Below, piece by piece: positions 47,352-56,694 of a DNA stretch of 64,000 bases. The DNA is taken from positions 6,176,001 to 6,240,000 of the forward strand of contig OZ220744.1 in assembly GCA_965116925.1 (NCBI GenBank), written 5' to 3'. The translations under genes and the position numbers were made by a program. The DNA is from Candidatus Poribacteria bacterium. Lineage in GTDB: Bacteria > Poribacteria > WGA-4E > PCPOR2b. Each line of letters starts with the position of its first letter. The stretch's first letter is position 1. The notes below the pieces were generated by a model. It saw nothing but the letters and a program-made list of their open reading frames with translations. It did no database searches and was not told the DNA's origin.

Positions 47352-48643
47352 TTACTCTGCTAGGTGGCGGAGCATACGGATACATTCATCAACCATCCGC
47401 TCACCGGTACCTTCCTCCGCGTAACTGTGTAGTCCTATCCAAGTTGATAGCCGCCGAGTGTGTGTGCCTCCCGATCGGGTAGGTAGCCCATCCAGTCATT
47501 GGCGAGTGAGACGACGTAAGTGTGCTTAAAAGGTGAGCGTTCCTTGAGTTCGACACCTAAGCCTGTGAATAGCTCGCCCGGCACACCGACAATGGCGACT
47601 TCACCGATAACCATCGCTATGAGTGTGGTTTCACGCAGCTGTCCTTGTTGGGGTGCAAGTACTTGACGCATGTTTCGGAAGACATTGATAGTGCCGTCTG
47701 CGCCGTCCGGCACACGCTTACGGCAGTAGGAGGACACCTTTTCGTCCTCCACAGTTTCGTCAAACGTCCGAACTTTGAAGGTAAAGGGACGTTGGAGAGA
47801 CGCCAATTTATCAACGGGCATCGGCTTTGCCTGCTCCATAGCGTCAGAGATCGTCCCTTTGAGCCGCTTAACCGCTTCGGGAGGTGGCACCTCGGTGACG
47901 TTGTGCGTCGAGCCGAACGCGCCCGGCAGAAAACACACGCTCCCACCTAACTCAGCTTCCAATTCCTGCGCTGTCAAACCGTAGAAACTGGATGAGCGGA
48001 CATCCCCGTTGCAGGTGCCAATCGTGTGGGTGGAATGGTTGTACATCAACGCCTGAAGTTGATCATCAGCGTCGCGAAAAGTGAAAATCGGCAGTTGTGG
48101 ATCAAAAGGGCCAGTAGGTCGCACCGCGTCTGTACGCGGTCCCACCCACCAGATTGTGCCGTCGGCAAGCAACAAACGGCTGTTCCCACCGATGGTATTT
48201 TCTTCGCCCTGATGAAAATAGAAATGGGATTCTTCGTCCCCTAAGTTCCCATCTGCTTCTTGCACCGCCCGGATAATTCCTTCGCGTAGACGTTGGCAAA
48301 ACATTTCGTCGCGACCATAGCCGTGCACGACGATGGTACTCGGTGCGTGATGGGTGTGCGTGGCACTGATCAGGATGTTGGCTGGCAAAATGCCGGTGGT
48401 CTTTTCAATTTCAGCAAGAGCTACCTGAACGTCCTCACGAGTTACAACGATAACATCACAAACGACAATGGCAAGTTTGGGGGCCGGCGGCTTTTCAATC
48501 ACAATGGCGACTGCCCTCAGTTCACCTTCTTGGCCCTTGACATACTTCGGCAGGATGCTGCCGGCCACGACCATTGAATCATCAGCCTGAAGGTTCACAC
48601 TGCCCGTGCCCACACGCAATCTAGCAACCGTCGGTGATTCCAT
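47352..48643 (-). pseudogene. Neutral/alkaline ceramidase-like hydrolase with a frameshift near the C-terminus
   Basis: ISATHTHHAP, GPFDP, PGELF, ANDW.GY.P; ORF stops at 47435 but another frame continues WIGLHSYAEEGTGERMVD...* to 47352. Confidence 0.7.
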
Positions 48644-48675
48644 CGGGGTGCCTCCAAGAGTTGTTGGTTAAGGTG

Positions 48676-50286
48676 TTAATAGTCAATCGGTTCTCGCCCA
48701 AAGTGGCGGTGGAGGCGATATCGGATGTCGCAATCGACATCGTAAACCTCAAAGGGATTTTGGATATTCGGATCTCGCTTCGTCAGCGTGATGTGCACCG
48801 TGTTATGTCCCGGCTTTGGGTAATATGCAGGGGGCAGTTGGTATTTGTACACCTGTCCATAGGGTCCTACGGCCCCGGTACTTATCAGACGGTAGTTCAG
48901 ATCTTCTATATCCAGAATCGAATCCGGTAAGGGTTGACCGTTAAGTTCAATTCGGACCTCGTTCAGGGAGGGCTCAATCCCTATTATCCGTATTCGTAGT
49001 TGAACCGATTCAACCCTTCCTAGTGCACCCCATTTTCCCAACTCATCGCTTATCCGCAGTCGGACCTCGACCGGCTCTCCCTCAACCAATGTCTGTGGGA
49101 GAGAAGGTGCTACACCGGGTGCCCAACCTACACCTTTGGTCACGCCCTGTGTCTCGGAGCGGACACGGTAGAGTTTATCGGTTGTCGCTAACATTTCGGG
49201 GTGACCTAGCAGTCGCAGGGTCTGATACTCATCGTGCGTCCAGGGCCAACCGTTAGGCGTCCAATGGGCGTCCCCTATCCCGAAACCGTCCGCGCCTTGG
49301 ACATACGCATTCGCAGCGGCAGCCCAGATCATCGGCGGGGTGGCATACTGTTTCAGTTGCCTGCCGAGCACATTTTGGAAGGAAGCAAGCACCCGGCACT
49401 GAGTCCCACTAACCAGAGCCACTGCACCTGAGAGATCGGGATCTTGATCCACAGGTCCCTGCGTGAGCCCGGGTTGACAGATAAGACCATCTACCAATCC
49501 CTCCGACACCCAAAGCGGAACATCGTACCCAAGGGCACGCCAAGCGTCTGGATGCGCGGGGATACGGACATAAATGCGTTTACGACGTCCCTGATCCGCT
49601 TCGGTGTTCCGAGCAACTGCACGTAAATCGCGTATCCATTGGGTCATAATCGGCGTGAGTTCTTCGACCTCATCGAACCTGCAAAACGGAACGAAATCGG
49701 TCATGTTCAGTTCGATCCCATCGGTTTGGTAGCGGGTGAGTAGTTCTTCGGAGACCTGAAAGCGTTCCTCACGCACCTCCGGATGCAGAAAACTGAACCG
49801 TGTTGCGTCCGATGCCCGCGGGTCATCCTCCTCACCCACCTGAAACTCTGGATGCTCGTACACAAAGTCGGACTTACGACCCAATCCACCATCGGTTGCT
49901 CTATCACCTCCAGAGAGAGTGACCGGGTTGCTGGGAATGAACCAGATCCCTTTTTCATGGCAGCGATCGCAGAGCAGTTTCAGCGGGTCGTAGCCATCGG
50001 CGATCAGTTGATGGATGTTTCGTCCCGCTCGATACCAGACCGTATGCGTCCATTTGACGACGTTATCGCCCCACTTCTGTGCGACGCGGCTGTCATACAT
50101 GGTCACGCCTCCCTCAAGCACGGCGAAGTATATCAGGGTATCTACACCGCTGTCTGCGAGTTGATCTACGTTGAAGGTGAAGTCTGATGGTTCGAGGGGT
50201 GGTTCAAATTGATAGAGGCTCGCAGCGTGCCGTCCGTCATCGAACATGAAGACGCGGGGTTCGTCCAAGGAGTGTCTACGCTTCAT
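48676..50286 (-). CDS. Glycoside-hydrolase-like TIM barrel protein (GHL10-like)
   Basis: M..DG, D.GVD, G.DPL.....CH..G, F..PEVR, Y..DGIEL, W..EGLVD, GADG. Confidence 0.65.
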   Translation of the reverse strand: MKRRHSLDEPRVFMFDDGRHAASLYQFEPPLEPSDFTFNVDQLADSGVDTLIYFAVLEGGVTMYDSRVAQKWGDNVVKWTHTVWYRAGRNIHQLIADGYDPLKLLCDRCHEKGIWFIPSNPVTLSGGDRATDGGLGRKSDFVYEHPEFQVGEEDDPRASDATRFSFLHPEVREERFQVSEELLTRYQTDGIELNMTDFVPFCRFDEVEELTPIMTQWIRDLRAVARNTEADQGRRKRIYVRIPAHPDAWRALGYDVPLWVSEGLVDGLICQPGLTQGPVDQDPDLSGAVALVSGTQCRVLASFQNVLGRQLKQYATPPMIWAAAANAYVQGADGFGIGDAHWTPNGWPWTHDEYQTLRLLGHPEMLATTDKLYRVRSETQGVTKGVGWAPGVAPSLPQTLVEGEPVEVRLRISDELGKWGALGRVESVQLRIRIIGIEPSLNEVRIELNGQPLPDSILDIEDLNYRLISTGAVGPYGQVYKYQLPPAYYPKPGHNTVHITLTKRDPNIQNPFEVYDVDCDIRYRLHRHFGREPIDY

Positions 50287-50320
50287 AGCGGTTTGCCTTT
50301 CCGGTAGAAGGATTCAAGAT

Positions 50321-51097
50321 TCACGCGGATGGAGGATCAAAGGCTGCCAAGTAAGTTCGCGTTGTCTTGTTGAGGTTGCCGTAAAACGCTCGTACTTCTG
50401 GATCAGGATCGTGACGCGAGAATCGAGGGGGTATTACAGAGCAGTCGCTCAAGTACGGGCGAGAACGGTGCCCGTAATAGGCTTGAACCGTTTTCCGTTC
50501 TCGTTGTGTGACGCGAACCGTTGCCGTATGCGGAACAGCGATGTTGAAAAGGGCGACAGTGCCTGCGGGTCCGTGAAGATCAACCGTGCCGTTACGCTCG
50601 ACATTCTCTGCGACCTCCAAGATCGGCTCATCCACGGATTCGGGCGAAATAGAAAAGCAGTGTGTCCCCTCATCGACATCGGTGAGGTAAACCATTAGTT
50701 GTATGTAGTCCATCCGAAGCGGATGCTCCTCCCAATGCGGCTTGTCACGATGGAAGCCTTGGTGAGGATCGCCATTATAAGCTCCCATGTGGCGCAGACA
50801 GATTTCGCCGAAGCAGACGGGACCGCCCATGAAAAATTCAATCGCCGGCAAAATCTTGGGATGGCGGAGGAGTTGGTCAAATTCCGGCGAGGTGACTAAC
50901 GCATTGCAGTTTCGCGTCTGGTTGGCAAAAGGATGCCAGCAATTCGGATGGCCAAACTCCTTACGATCGCGGTCGTAAATTTCACGGAAGTATATTACTT
51001 CATCGGAGGTGAGGGGATCCTTGAGAATAACATAACCGTTCTCCCGGAAATGTGGAAGGAGCCCTTGGAAGTCATCTGTCGTTTGGGTGTTGGTCAT
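50321..51097 (-). CDS. PhyH-family dioxygenase
   Basis: FRENGY, HRD, YLTDV, GPAGT..LFN...PH. Confidence 0.87.
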   Translation of the reverse strand: MTNTQTTDDFQGLLPHFRENGYVILKDPLTSDEVIYFREIYDRDRKEFGHPNCWHPFANQTRNCNALVTSPEFDQLLRHPKILPAIEFFMGGPVCFGEICLRHMGAYNGDPHQGFHRDKPHWEEHPLRMDYIQLMVYLTDVDEGTHCFSISPESVDEPILEVAENVERNGTVDLHGPAGTVALFNIAVPHTATVRVTQRERKTVQAYYGHRSRPYLSDCSVIPPRFSRHDPDPEVRAFYGNLNKTTRTYLAAFDPPSA

Positions 51098-51145
51098 TCG
51101 TCTTTTCTCTCTAAAAATGTGTGTGAAGAGCTGTCTTTTGCAAAT

Positions 51146-51373
51146 TATGGTGGATTTTAGAATTACAGTAGATTTTAGAATTAATGAGACACTCCAAATC
51201 GGCGCAGTTGGAAACAGCACCTACCAGATGAGGAGCAAAAGTGTCTGTTTATTTTTTTATTCACTATAATTGGACACTATGAACGAGCCCTGATAGATTG
51301 GGGTTCGTGGAGTTACGGCACACGGAGTGTGCCTACTACTATTAATGTCTACTTATTTTTTTAGTTCACTATA
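51146..51373. mobile_element. Nested family-D MITEs (inner 51164-51268)
   Basis: Two tandem left ends (..GATTTTAGAATTA) and two right ends (TTCACTATA at 51268 and 51373). Confidence 0.7.
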
Positions 51374-51375
51374 AA

Positions 51376-52464
51376 TCACTCGTGCATCATTACCTGTGCA
51401 GGGTTGATCGCACCGTACTTGCCTTTGTTTGCGGTTATCTCGAAGGCTTTGGGGACAGATTCGATGCCGGATAAAACGTGCTTGATGGTCGGTTTCAACC
51501 GAATCCGTCCGGAGGCGACCAACCGCACCGTATGTTCTAGGTGTGCTAAGGTGCTGATATCTGGGAACAGACATCGGAGGCTCCGTTCCCGTAGTGAGTC
51601 TACATCAAGCTCCATCGGATGACCGAACCACGAAACGATGTTTAATTTCCCGCCCGATCGGACGGCTGCGATGGCTTGTGTAAGTGTTTTCGTTCCCGAC
51701 AAACCCTGCTTGGGGCTGCCACCCGCGCATTCAAAAACAACATCGGCACCGTTGCCGTCCGTCAACCCCTGAATCACCTCAATTGGATTATCCTGACTCG
51801 CATTGATGCTGTGGTCAGCACCCAACTCCACAGAGACTTGGCACGCTTCTTCTCGGACATCTACGGTGATCAACCGTCCTGCGCCGCTCGCACGAGCGAC
51901 CTGCATACATTCAAGTCCCATACTGCCCTGACCGAAGATGGCGACGGTGTCCCCAATACCTATCTCTGCTGTATCCACCGCGGCGAGGCTGTCGGAGAGC
52001 GACTGTAGACATGCCGCCTCGCTGTCAGAGATTCGGTCGTCCACTTTTGTCAAAGCGATTTCGGGCAGGAGGGCGAATTCGGAGAAGCAACCGGGTAACT
52101 GAAAGCCGATAATCGGACCGCGCCGGCAGCCGTTCCCGCGTTCTGATAGACAAAGGGAGCATTCGCCACAGGGCAACTTGGCGCGGGCTGCCACACGGTC
52201 TCCGGGTTGGAATTGGGAGTCTTCGTCGGATTCCACGATTCGGGCGCAGAACTCGTGCCCGAATAACCGTATCGGTGCCTCGGTCTCCAATCGATGTTTA
52301 ATCTGCTCGTAGGCGAGGGTTGGGATACCGTAAGCCAGTTGTGCTTCGGTGACGGAGGGTTGCACACAGAGAATCTCTGCGATTACATACCCCTCACGCC
52401 GAACTGGGGCGGGGACCTCGTCCAGTCGCATATCGTTAAATCCGTAAAAACGCCACGCTTTCAT
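51376..52464 (-). CDS. Zn-binding MDR alcohol-dehydrogenase family protein
   Basis: GHE, structural CGECSLC.......C, G.FSEF, G.G.MG. Confidence 0.87.
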   Translation of the reverse strand: MKAWRFYGFNDMRLDEVPAPVRREGYVIAEILCVQPSVTEAQLAYGIPTLAYEQIKHRLETEAPIRLFGHEFCARIVESDEDSQFQPGDRVAARAKLPCGECSLCLSERGNGCRRGPIIGFQLPGCFSEFALLPEIALTKVDDRISDSEAACLQSLSDSLAAVDTAEIGIGDTVAIFGQGSMGLECMQVARASGAGRLITVDVREEACQVSVELGADHSINASQDNPIEVIQGLTDGNGADVVFECAGGSPKQGLSGTKTLTQAIAAVRSGGKLNIVSWFGHPMELDVDSLRERSLRCLFPDISTLAHLEHTVRLVASGRIRLKPTIKHVLSGIESVPKAFEITANKGKYGAINPAQVMMHE

Positions 52465-52539
52465 CTGAGATTTCTCCGATCATATTAAACGTGATGCGTG
52501 AAACGTAAAACGTGAAAAACAATTTGTTCGTGGGTTTAC

Positions 52540-52647
52540 TATAGTAGATTTTAGAATTAATGAGACACTCCAAATCGGCGCAGTTGGAAACAGCGCCTAC
52601 CAAACATGGGGAGCGAAAGTGTCCCTTTATTTTTAGAATTCACTATA
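52540..52647. mobile_element. MITE family D supplying the stop codon of the PIN-like gene
   Basis: Inverted copy of 41030-41137; overlaps 52633-52647 (YSEF*). Confidence 0.85.
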
Positions 52648-53190
52648 AACAATTCGCCAAGTGCGGAGTTTACGATGCTCTTCCGGCGGTGCACCGTTTT
52701 GGAGCCAAACAAGCGGTTCCTCTTCTGCTGTACGTTCAGGATTCACCCAAACGATGTCTCGGATTGCACCAACACGTTGAGCAGCTTGAGCGAAATACCC
52801 CCGGATAGTTTCATCAAGGGAAACAATGTTTTGATCCGTTGCCAGTGCTGCGTCGAGGAGATGAAGATCTTTTTGCATATCTTCGCTTTCTTCTAGGTTG
52901 GTCCCTGTCTGTTTGATTTTGTCGTGAAGTTCTTCATCTGCCAAAGCATTGACACGATACACTTTTTTGCGTGCATCCATTGACACCCTCCACCGACGTG
53001 CAAATCCGGATCGATGTCTTTTCCATTCGTCCCTAATTTTCGGTGTCATTACAACGCTATGACCGAGCGACAACACCTCCTGTAGAAAATCACGACAATT
53101 TTTGGCTCGTGGATGGGTTGCTGTCTCACTACCGGCGGCTTGGGCAACATCGGTATCAATAACCAATCGTTTTGAATCTGCCTCCCTCAC
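52633..53190 (-). CDS. PIN-like domain protein
   Basis: LVIDTDV, EW, KD.HL..AAL..D..IVSLD acidic pattern; GTGA overlap with the ATPase gene. Confidence 0.6.
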   Translation of the reverse strand: MREADSKRLVIDTDVAQAAGSETATHPRAKNCRDFLQEVLSLGHSVVMTPKIRDEWKRHRSGFARRWRVSMDARKKVYRVNALADEELHDKIKQTGTNLEESEDMQKDLHLLDAALATDQNIVSLDETIRGYFAQAAQRVGAIRDIVWVNPERTAEEEPLVWLQNGAPPEEHRKLRTWRIVYSEF

Positions 53191-54497
53191 GATGCCTCCG
53201 TCTTCCCAAATGCAATTCTGTCTACGGCGTTAAGATAACGGCTCTGCGCCTTCAGGTCAACATCGTCAAAGTCCTCGGGCCAATCCCCGTAAGCACCCAC
53301 CTCGTCCAGATCAGCGGTGTCGATTTTGGTGGCACCATTTTCGCCGCGTGTGAACCAGTGCAGCTTCACCAACGCCGGCGAGAGATCTCCTTCGGCAACA
53401 AGCGTTTGCACTGCCAGAAGCAGGAGCGAACTATGCGTTTCCGCAACTACACGGACTCCCCGTTTCGCGGCATCTGCTAAGACTTGCGCCAACGCTACCT
53501 GTGCGCGTGGATGGAGGTGCATCTCCGGCTGTTCCAGATAGACCAACTGCCCCGGCTTTGCGACAATCAGGGCGACTAAAACGGGCAAAACTTGGGACAC
53601 ACCGAATCCCACATCGGCGATGCTGACCATATTGGTTTCACCAGCTTTGTCACGGGGGAGACGCCCGACCTGAAGTTCGATGCGGGTATCGTCAATTTTT
53701 TTTGTGCCAACCTGCCCTGTCAGTCCAAGTGCATGGAGGGTTTCGGCTAACGTTTCTAGACGTTTATCCCCCGTCTCTTGCCACTCGTGAATGATACTGG
53801 CAGCGTAATGTTCAAATGTGCCGGGATACCGTGGTCCGGTACTGGTCGGTTTGTAGGTACGTTCTGGGTTGCCGCGTAATCCGGGAAGGTGAATAATGTT
53901 GAAAATATGGGACTCAAGATTACTAGTAACGTTTAAGGACGTATGAGCATCTTGAGATTCAAAACGTAAAAAACATCGTGAACGTCTTACAGTCTCAGTC
54001 GTAGGACCCTTGGGAATCACATATTGCTCAACCAATGACTGGATGTCTTCAGGCGACATCTCAGGATACAGGGTGAAATGATTGGGCTGCCATAATGGAG
54101 CCTGCTCTGATTTGTTTTCTCTCGTCATTTCAACAAGCTCAATCCCGCTTTGTCTCTTTTTGAAAGTTACTGTTGTTAAAAAATAAGAATCAAATCCACG
54201 AGTCTCAATCCGAATCTGAAAACGATCTGTCCTCTCCTCGTTGACCAACTTGGACAAAAATTGTTCTGCCAACGTAAACTGAACGTTAGGTCCCTCAATC
54301 AACAACGGTCCCGGATCGTACGGTGCTTCCAGCGTCTGTTTCAGCATCAATAGCGGTTGCATGATACTCGATTTCCCGGAGCTATTTGCACCAGCAAGGA
54401 TTGTCAGCGGACGGATGTCGATTGCACACTCTTCCGCGAGCGACTTGAAACCGCTCACTGCTATCTTGGTGATGCCATCGACCGTTTCTTTTGACAT
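53187..54497 (-). CDS. ABC-type (AAA_21/AAA_15, DUF3696-like) ATPase
   Basis: GFKS, GANSSGKS, DVGFGVSQVLP, YLEQPE.HLHP, ETHS, WP..F. Confidence 0.88.
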   Translation of the reverse strand: MSKETVDGITKIAVSGFKSLAEECAIDIRPLTILAGANSSGKSSIMQPLLMLKQTLEAPYDPGPLLIEGPNVQFTLAEQFLSKLVNEERTDRFQIRIETRGFDSYFLTTVTFKKRQSGIELVEMTRENKSEQAPLWQPNHFTLYPEMSPEDIQSLVEQYVIPKGPTTETVRRSRCFLRFESQDAHTSLNVTSNLESHIFNIIHLPGLRGNPERTYKPTSTGPRYPGTFEHYAASIIHEWQETGDKRLETLAETLHALGLTGQVGTKKIDDTRIELQVGRLPRDKAGETNMVSIADVGFGVSQVLPVLVALIVAKPGQLVYLEQPEMHLHPRAQVALAQVLADAAKRGVRVVAETHSSLLLLAVQTLVAEGDLSPALVKLHWFTRGENGATKIDTADLDEVGAYGDWPEDFDDVDLKAQSRYLNAVDRIAFGKTEAS

Positions 54498-54578
54498 GCG
54501 TGGGGTACTCCCTTAAACATTCATGCCTGCGGAGGTATCAATATTGTGGTGATTTCTGCTGGCAGATTCACATTAGTG

Positions 54579-55097
54579 TTATTGCTTTGGCATAGTCTGC
54601 GATGGTGTGGTCAACCTCTCCTTTGACCTTGTAAGCAATCGTCGAATTGATTCGGTAATGTCTTCTTTAGGGTGAGAAGCTGAGGCACGACCGGTATTAT
54701 TAGGATCAAGTTGTATTACTTTGGTAAGGTCTTCAATAGCGCGATCATGCTCACCTTTGTGGTAGCAAGCTATGCCACGACGAATATAGGCTTCAACATT
54801 ATTTGGATCCGCTTCTATCACTGTATTAGTCAATTTTATCACAGTGTCATAGTCTTCAATTGCTAAGTCATACTCCTCCCGTGAACGATGAACGTCGCCG
54901 CTCAATAAATAGACTTGGGAAAGGAGTTCGTTGTTCCCCACTTGCGCTTCGGCGATGCTTTGGAGTGCTAACAAAAATGCGACAGTATCACCGTCTTTTT
55001 GATATTCTTCTTGAGAGGTTTCGAGATAGGCGACCGCCTCCTCGTAATCAGCAAGTCTTCCGATTAGGTAATCGCGGTATTTTCTCATTTCTCTCAT
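54579..55097 (-). CDS. Addiction-module antidote-like N-terminus fused to TPR repeats
   Basis: YRDYL..RL.D.EEA.AYL.....E....FL.AL..IAEAQ followed by TPR motifs (AY..RG..Y...G..D.AI.D....I.LDPN). Confidence 0.7.
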   Translation of the reverse strand: MREMRKYRDYLIGRLADYEEAVAYLETSQEEYQKDGDTVAFLLALQSIAEAQVGNNELLSQVYLLSGDVHRSREEYDLAIEDYDTVIKLTNTVIEADPNNVEAYIRRGIACYHKGEHDRAIEDLTKVIQLDPNNTGRASASHPKEDITESIRRLLTRSKERLTTPSQTMPKQ

Positions 55098-55156
55098 TTT
55101 GCGGCCCCTTTGTATTCCGCCAGTAGGGTTTCGGCCGTCCAATTTCACTCACTTCC

Positions 55157-55262
55157 CTATCCCATCCGGTATTTGATGTCGTAGTTGATGATAAAGTCTA
55201 ATTCATCAGCCGTGAAGTCGTGGTATTGGACGAGCACACGGTCTATCATGTCAATAATGGAT
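55157..55262 (-). pseudogene. C-terminal remnant of a type IIG (Eco57I-like) restriction-modification enzyme
   Basis: Minus strand SIIDMIDRVLVQYHDFTADELDFIINYDIKYRMG*. Confidence 0.7.
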
Positions 55263-55288
55263 TAAGAGAGTAGGGAAACTATTTCTTT

Positions 55289-55442
55289 TAGGAGTTGTGC
55301 ACTTCGGTAGGGAACAACGATTGTTGTTCCCTACCGAATCCTTGATGGTGCCCCCGCTGTAGTTGCCCGATTCATCGGGGGTATCGGGGCAGGGCTGCCC
55401 CTCCCACGACAGGGTTTTGAGCGTTCAACCGCGTAAGTCCTA
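55289..55442. mobile_element. MITE family A, inverted relative of 5419-5581
   Basis: Shares both ends, CCCGAT..ATCGGGCAA.TACAG and CACCATCAAGGA with 5419-5581; hairpin cores differ. Confidence 0.82.
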
Positions 55443-55474
55443 AAGAAGTTACTCGGTGTCTTTTGTGCCATACA

Positions 55475-56302
55475 CTATTCCTTCAATACTTTTTCCATTT
55501 CGGCTATCAGTGCATCCACTTCAGCCGTGTTCACCCCGTCTGTTTTCTGTGGTAACGTCGGCTGCTCGACTGAGCCCGTGTTACTGCCCTCCCTCACCCT
55601 GTGCCGCCATTCAAACCACTGTCGCATCTCTGGGGGAATGACCGTTTGTCGCCACACACGCCGTGTGCCGACTGTGTCGTAACTACCTGAATGCTTGGTG
55701 GGGAGTCCTTCGTTGTACGCTATCTTGCTGTGGGCATAACAGTAGCGATATTCACCTTCAACCACGGTGTCGCAATATTCGCACGGGTGCCAATTATCTC
55801 TCACGTCGCAAAATAGGCAATATCCTTTGTACGCGTGAACGTAATAGCCGTTGCAATGGTCACACTGTGTGCGCTGATACACAAGACGCCGGTGTTTCAC
55901 CCGCAAATCCCAACCGGCAAAATCTGCGGTGCGGACAACCCATTCCTTGCCCTGCGTCCGTGTATGCAGAATCCGCTTGATTTCGGTCAACGTGGCAGTT
56001 TCTGGAATGCACACCTTCAACGCTGCTACATCTTGTTCTGCCTTGACCGATTCCACTTCCAGATCGGTGGGGTTTATCAGTAAACGCAACGGGCTCGGCT
56101 CGCCTTGGGTGTGACCTTTGTTGATACCCGGTATCGGCTTACCCGTTCGCTTTGACCGGCAGGACGGTTGCAGGGTCAGAACAAAATCGTCCACTGCCAC
56201 CGTTTTGTACACTACGTGCGGTGTCCCCATGTTTGGCAGCTTTTGTGCCTTTCCGACGCTGCCTTTTAACACTTCCTCAATCATAGCGTCAATTGTGCTC
56301 AA
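55475..56302 (-). CDS. Hypothetical protein with Cys-rich (CxxC) C-terminal half
   Basis: RBS GGAGG before TTG; CDHC, CLFC, CEYC, C..H. Confidence 0.65.
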   Translation of the reverse strand: MSTIDAMIEEVLKGSVGKAQKLPNMGTPHVVYKTVAVDDFVLTLQPSCRSKRTGKPIPGINKGHTQGEPSPLRLLINPTDLEVESVKAEQDVAALKVCIPETATLTEIKRILHTRTQGKEWVVRTADFAGWDLRVKHRRLVYQRTQCDHCNGYYVHAYKGYCLFCDVRDNWHPCEYCDTVVEGEYRYCYAHSKIAYNEGLPTKHSGSYDTVGTRRVWRQTVIPPEMRQWFEWRHRVREGSNTGSVEQPTLPQKTDGVNTAEVDALIAEMEKVLKE

Positions 56303-56332
56303 GTTGTGCCTCCAATGCTTTGATACAAAAAG

Positions 56333-56358
56333 AGGGCACCCACAAGGGGTGCCCCTAC
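56333..56358 (-). repeat. REP GTAGGGGCACCCCTTGTGGGTGCCCT
   Basis: Copies at 56333-56358, 60505-60530 and 60775-60800. Confidence 0.88.
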
Positions 56359-56418
56359 GCTATCTAGTTTCCTCTCACTTCCCCTTATCTAGTCCTTTTT
56401 ATAGGGGACCTGATTGAA

Positions 56419-56658
56419 TTATGCAATAGGGGTGCCTCCAATCGGCTTAAAGCAGGCGCGAGACCGGTTGCAGTTCTCTGGCGAAACAAACCGATCATCT
56501 GGTCCAACCACTGTCATCGTGCAGTTGCACCAGTAGTTCGAGAACGGATTGGTCTCGACAAGGTTTTGCAGGTTCCCGCCGTGGGTGTAGAGTGCCTTGG
56601 TACATAGGTTTTGACATATCGGTTTATTTAAGAGGGACGATCCTTTTTCTAATTGCAT
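56419..56658 (-). CDS. Small Cys-rich protein at the end of the molybdoenzyme operon
   Basis: RBS AAGGAG; C..L.TK..Y...YWC..T....GPD......C...R.C. Confidence 0.7.
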   Translation of the reverse strand: MQLEKGSSLLNKPICQNLCTKALYTHGGNLQNLVETNPFSNYWCNCTMTVVGPDDRFVSPENCNRSRACFKPIGGTPIA

Positions 56659-56694
56659 GTTCGTTCTCCTTTTCCAAAATTGATGCAGCTGTAT

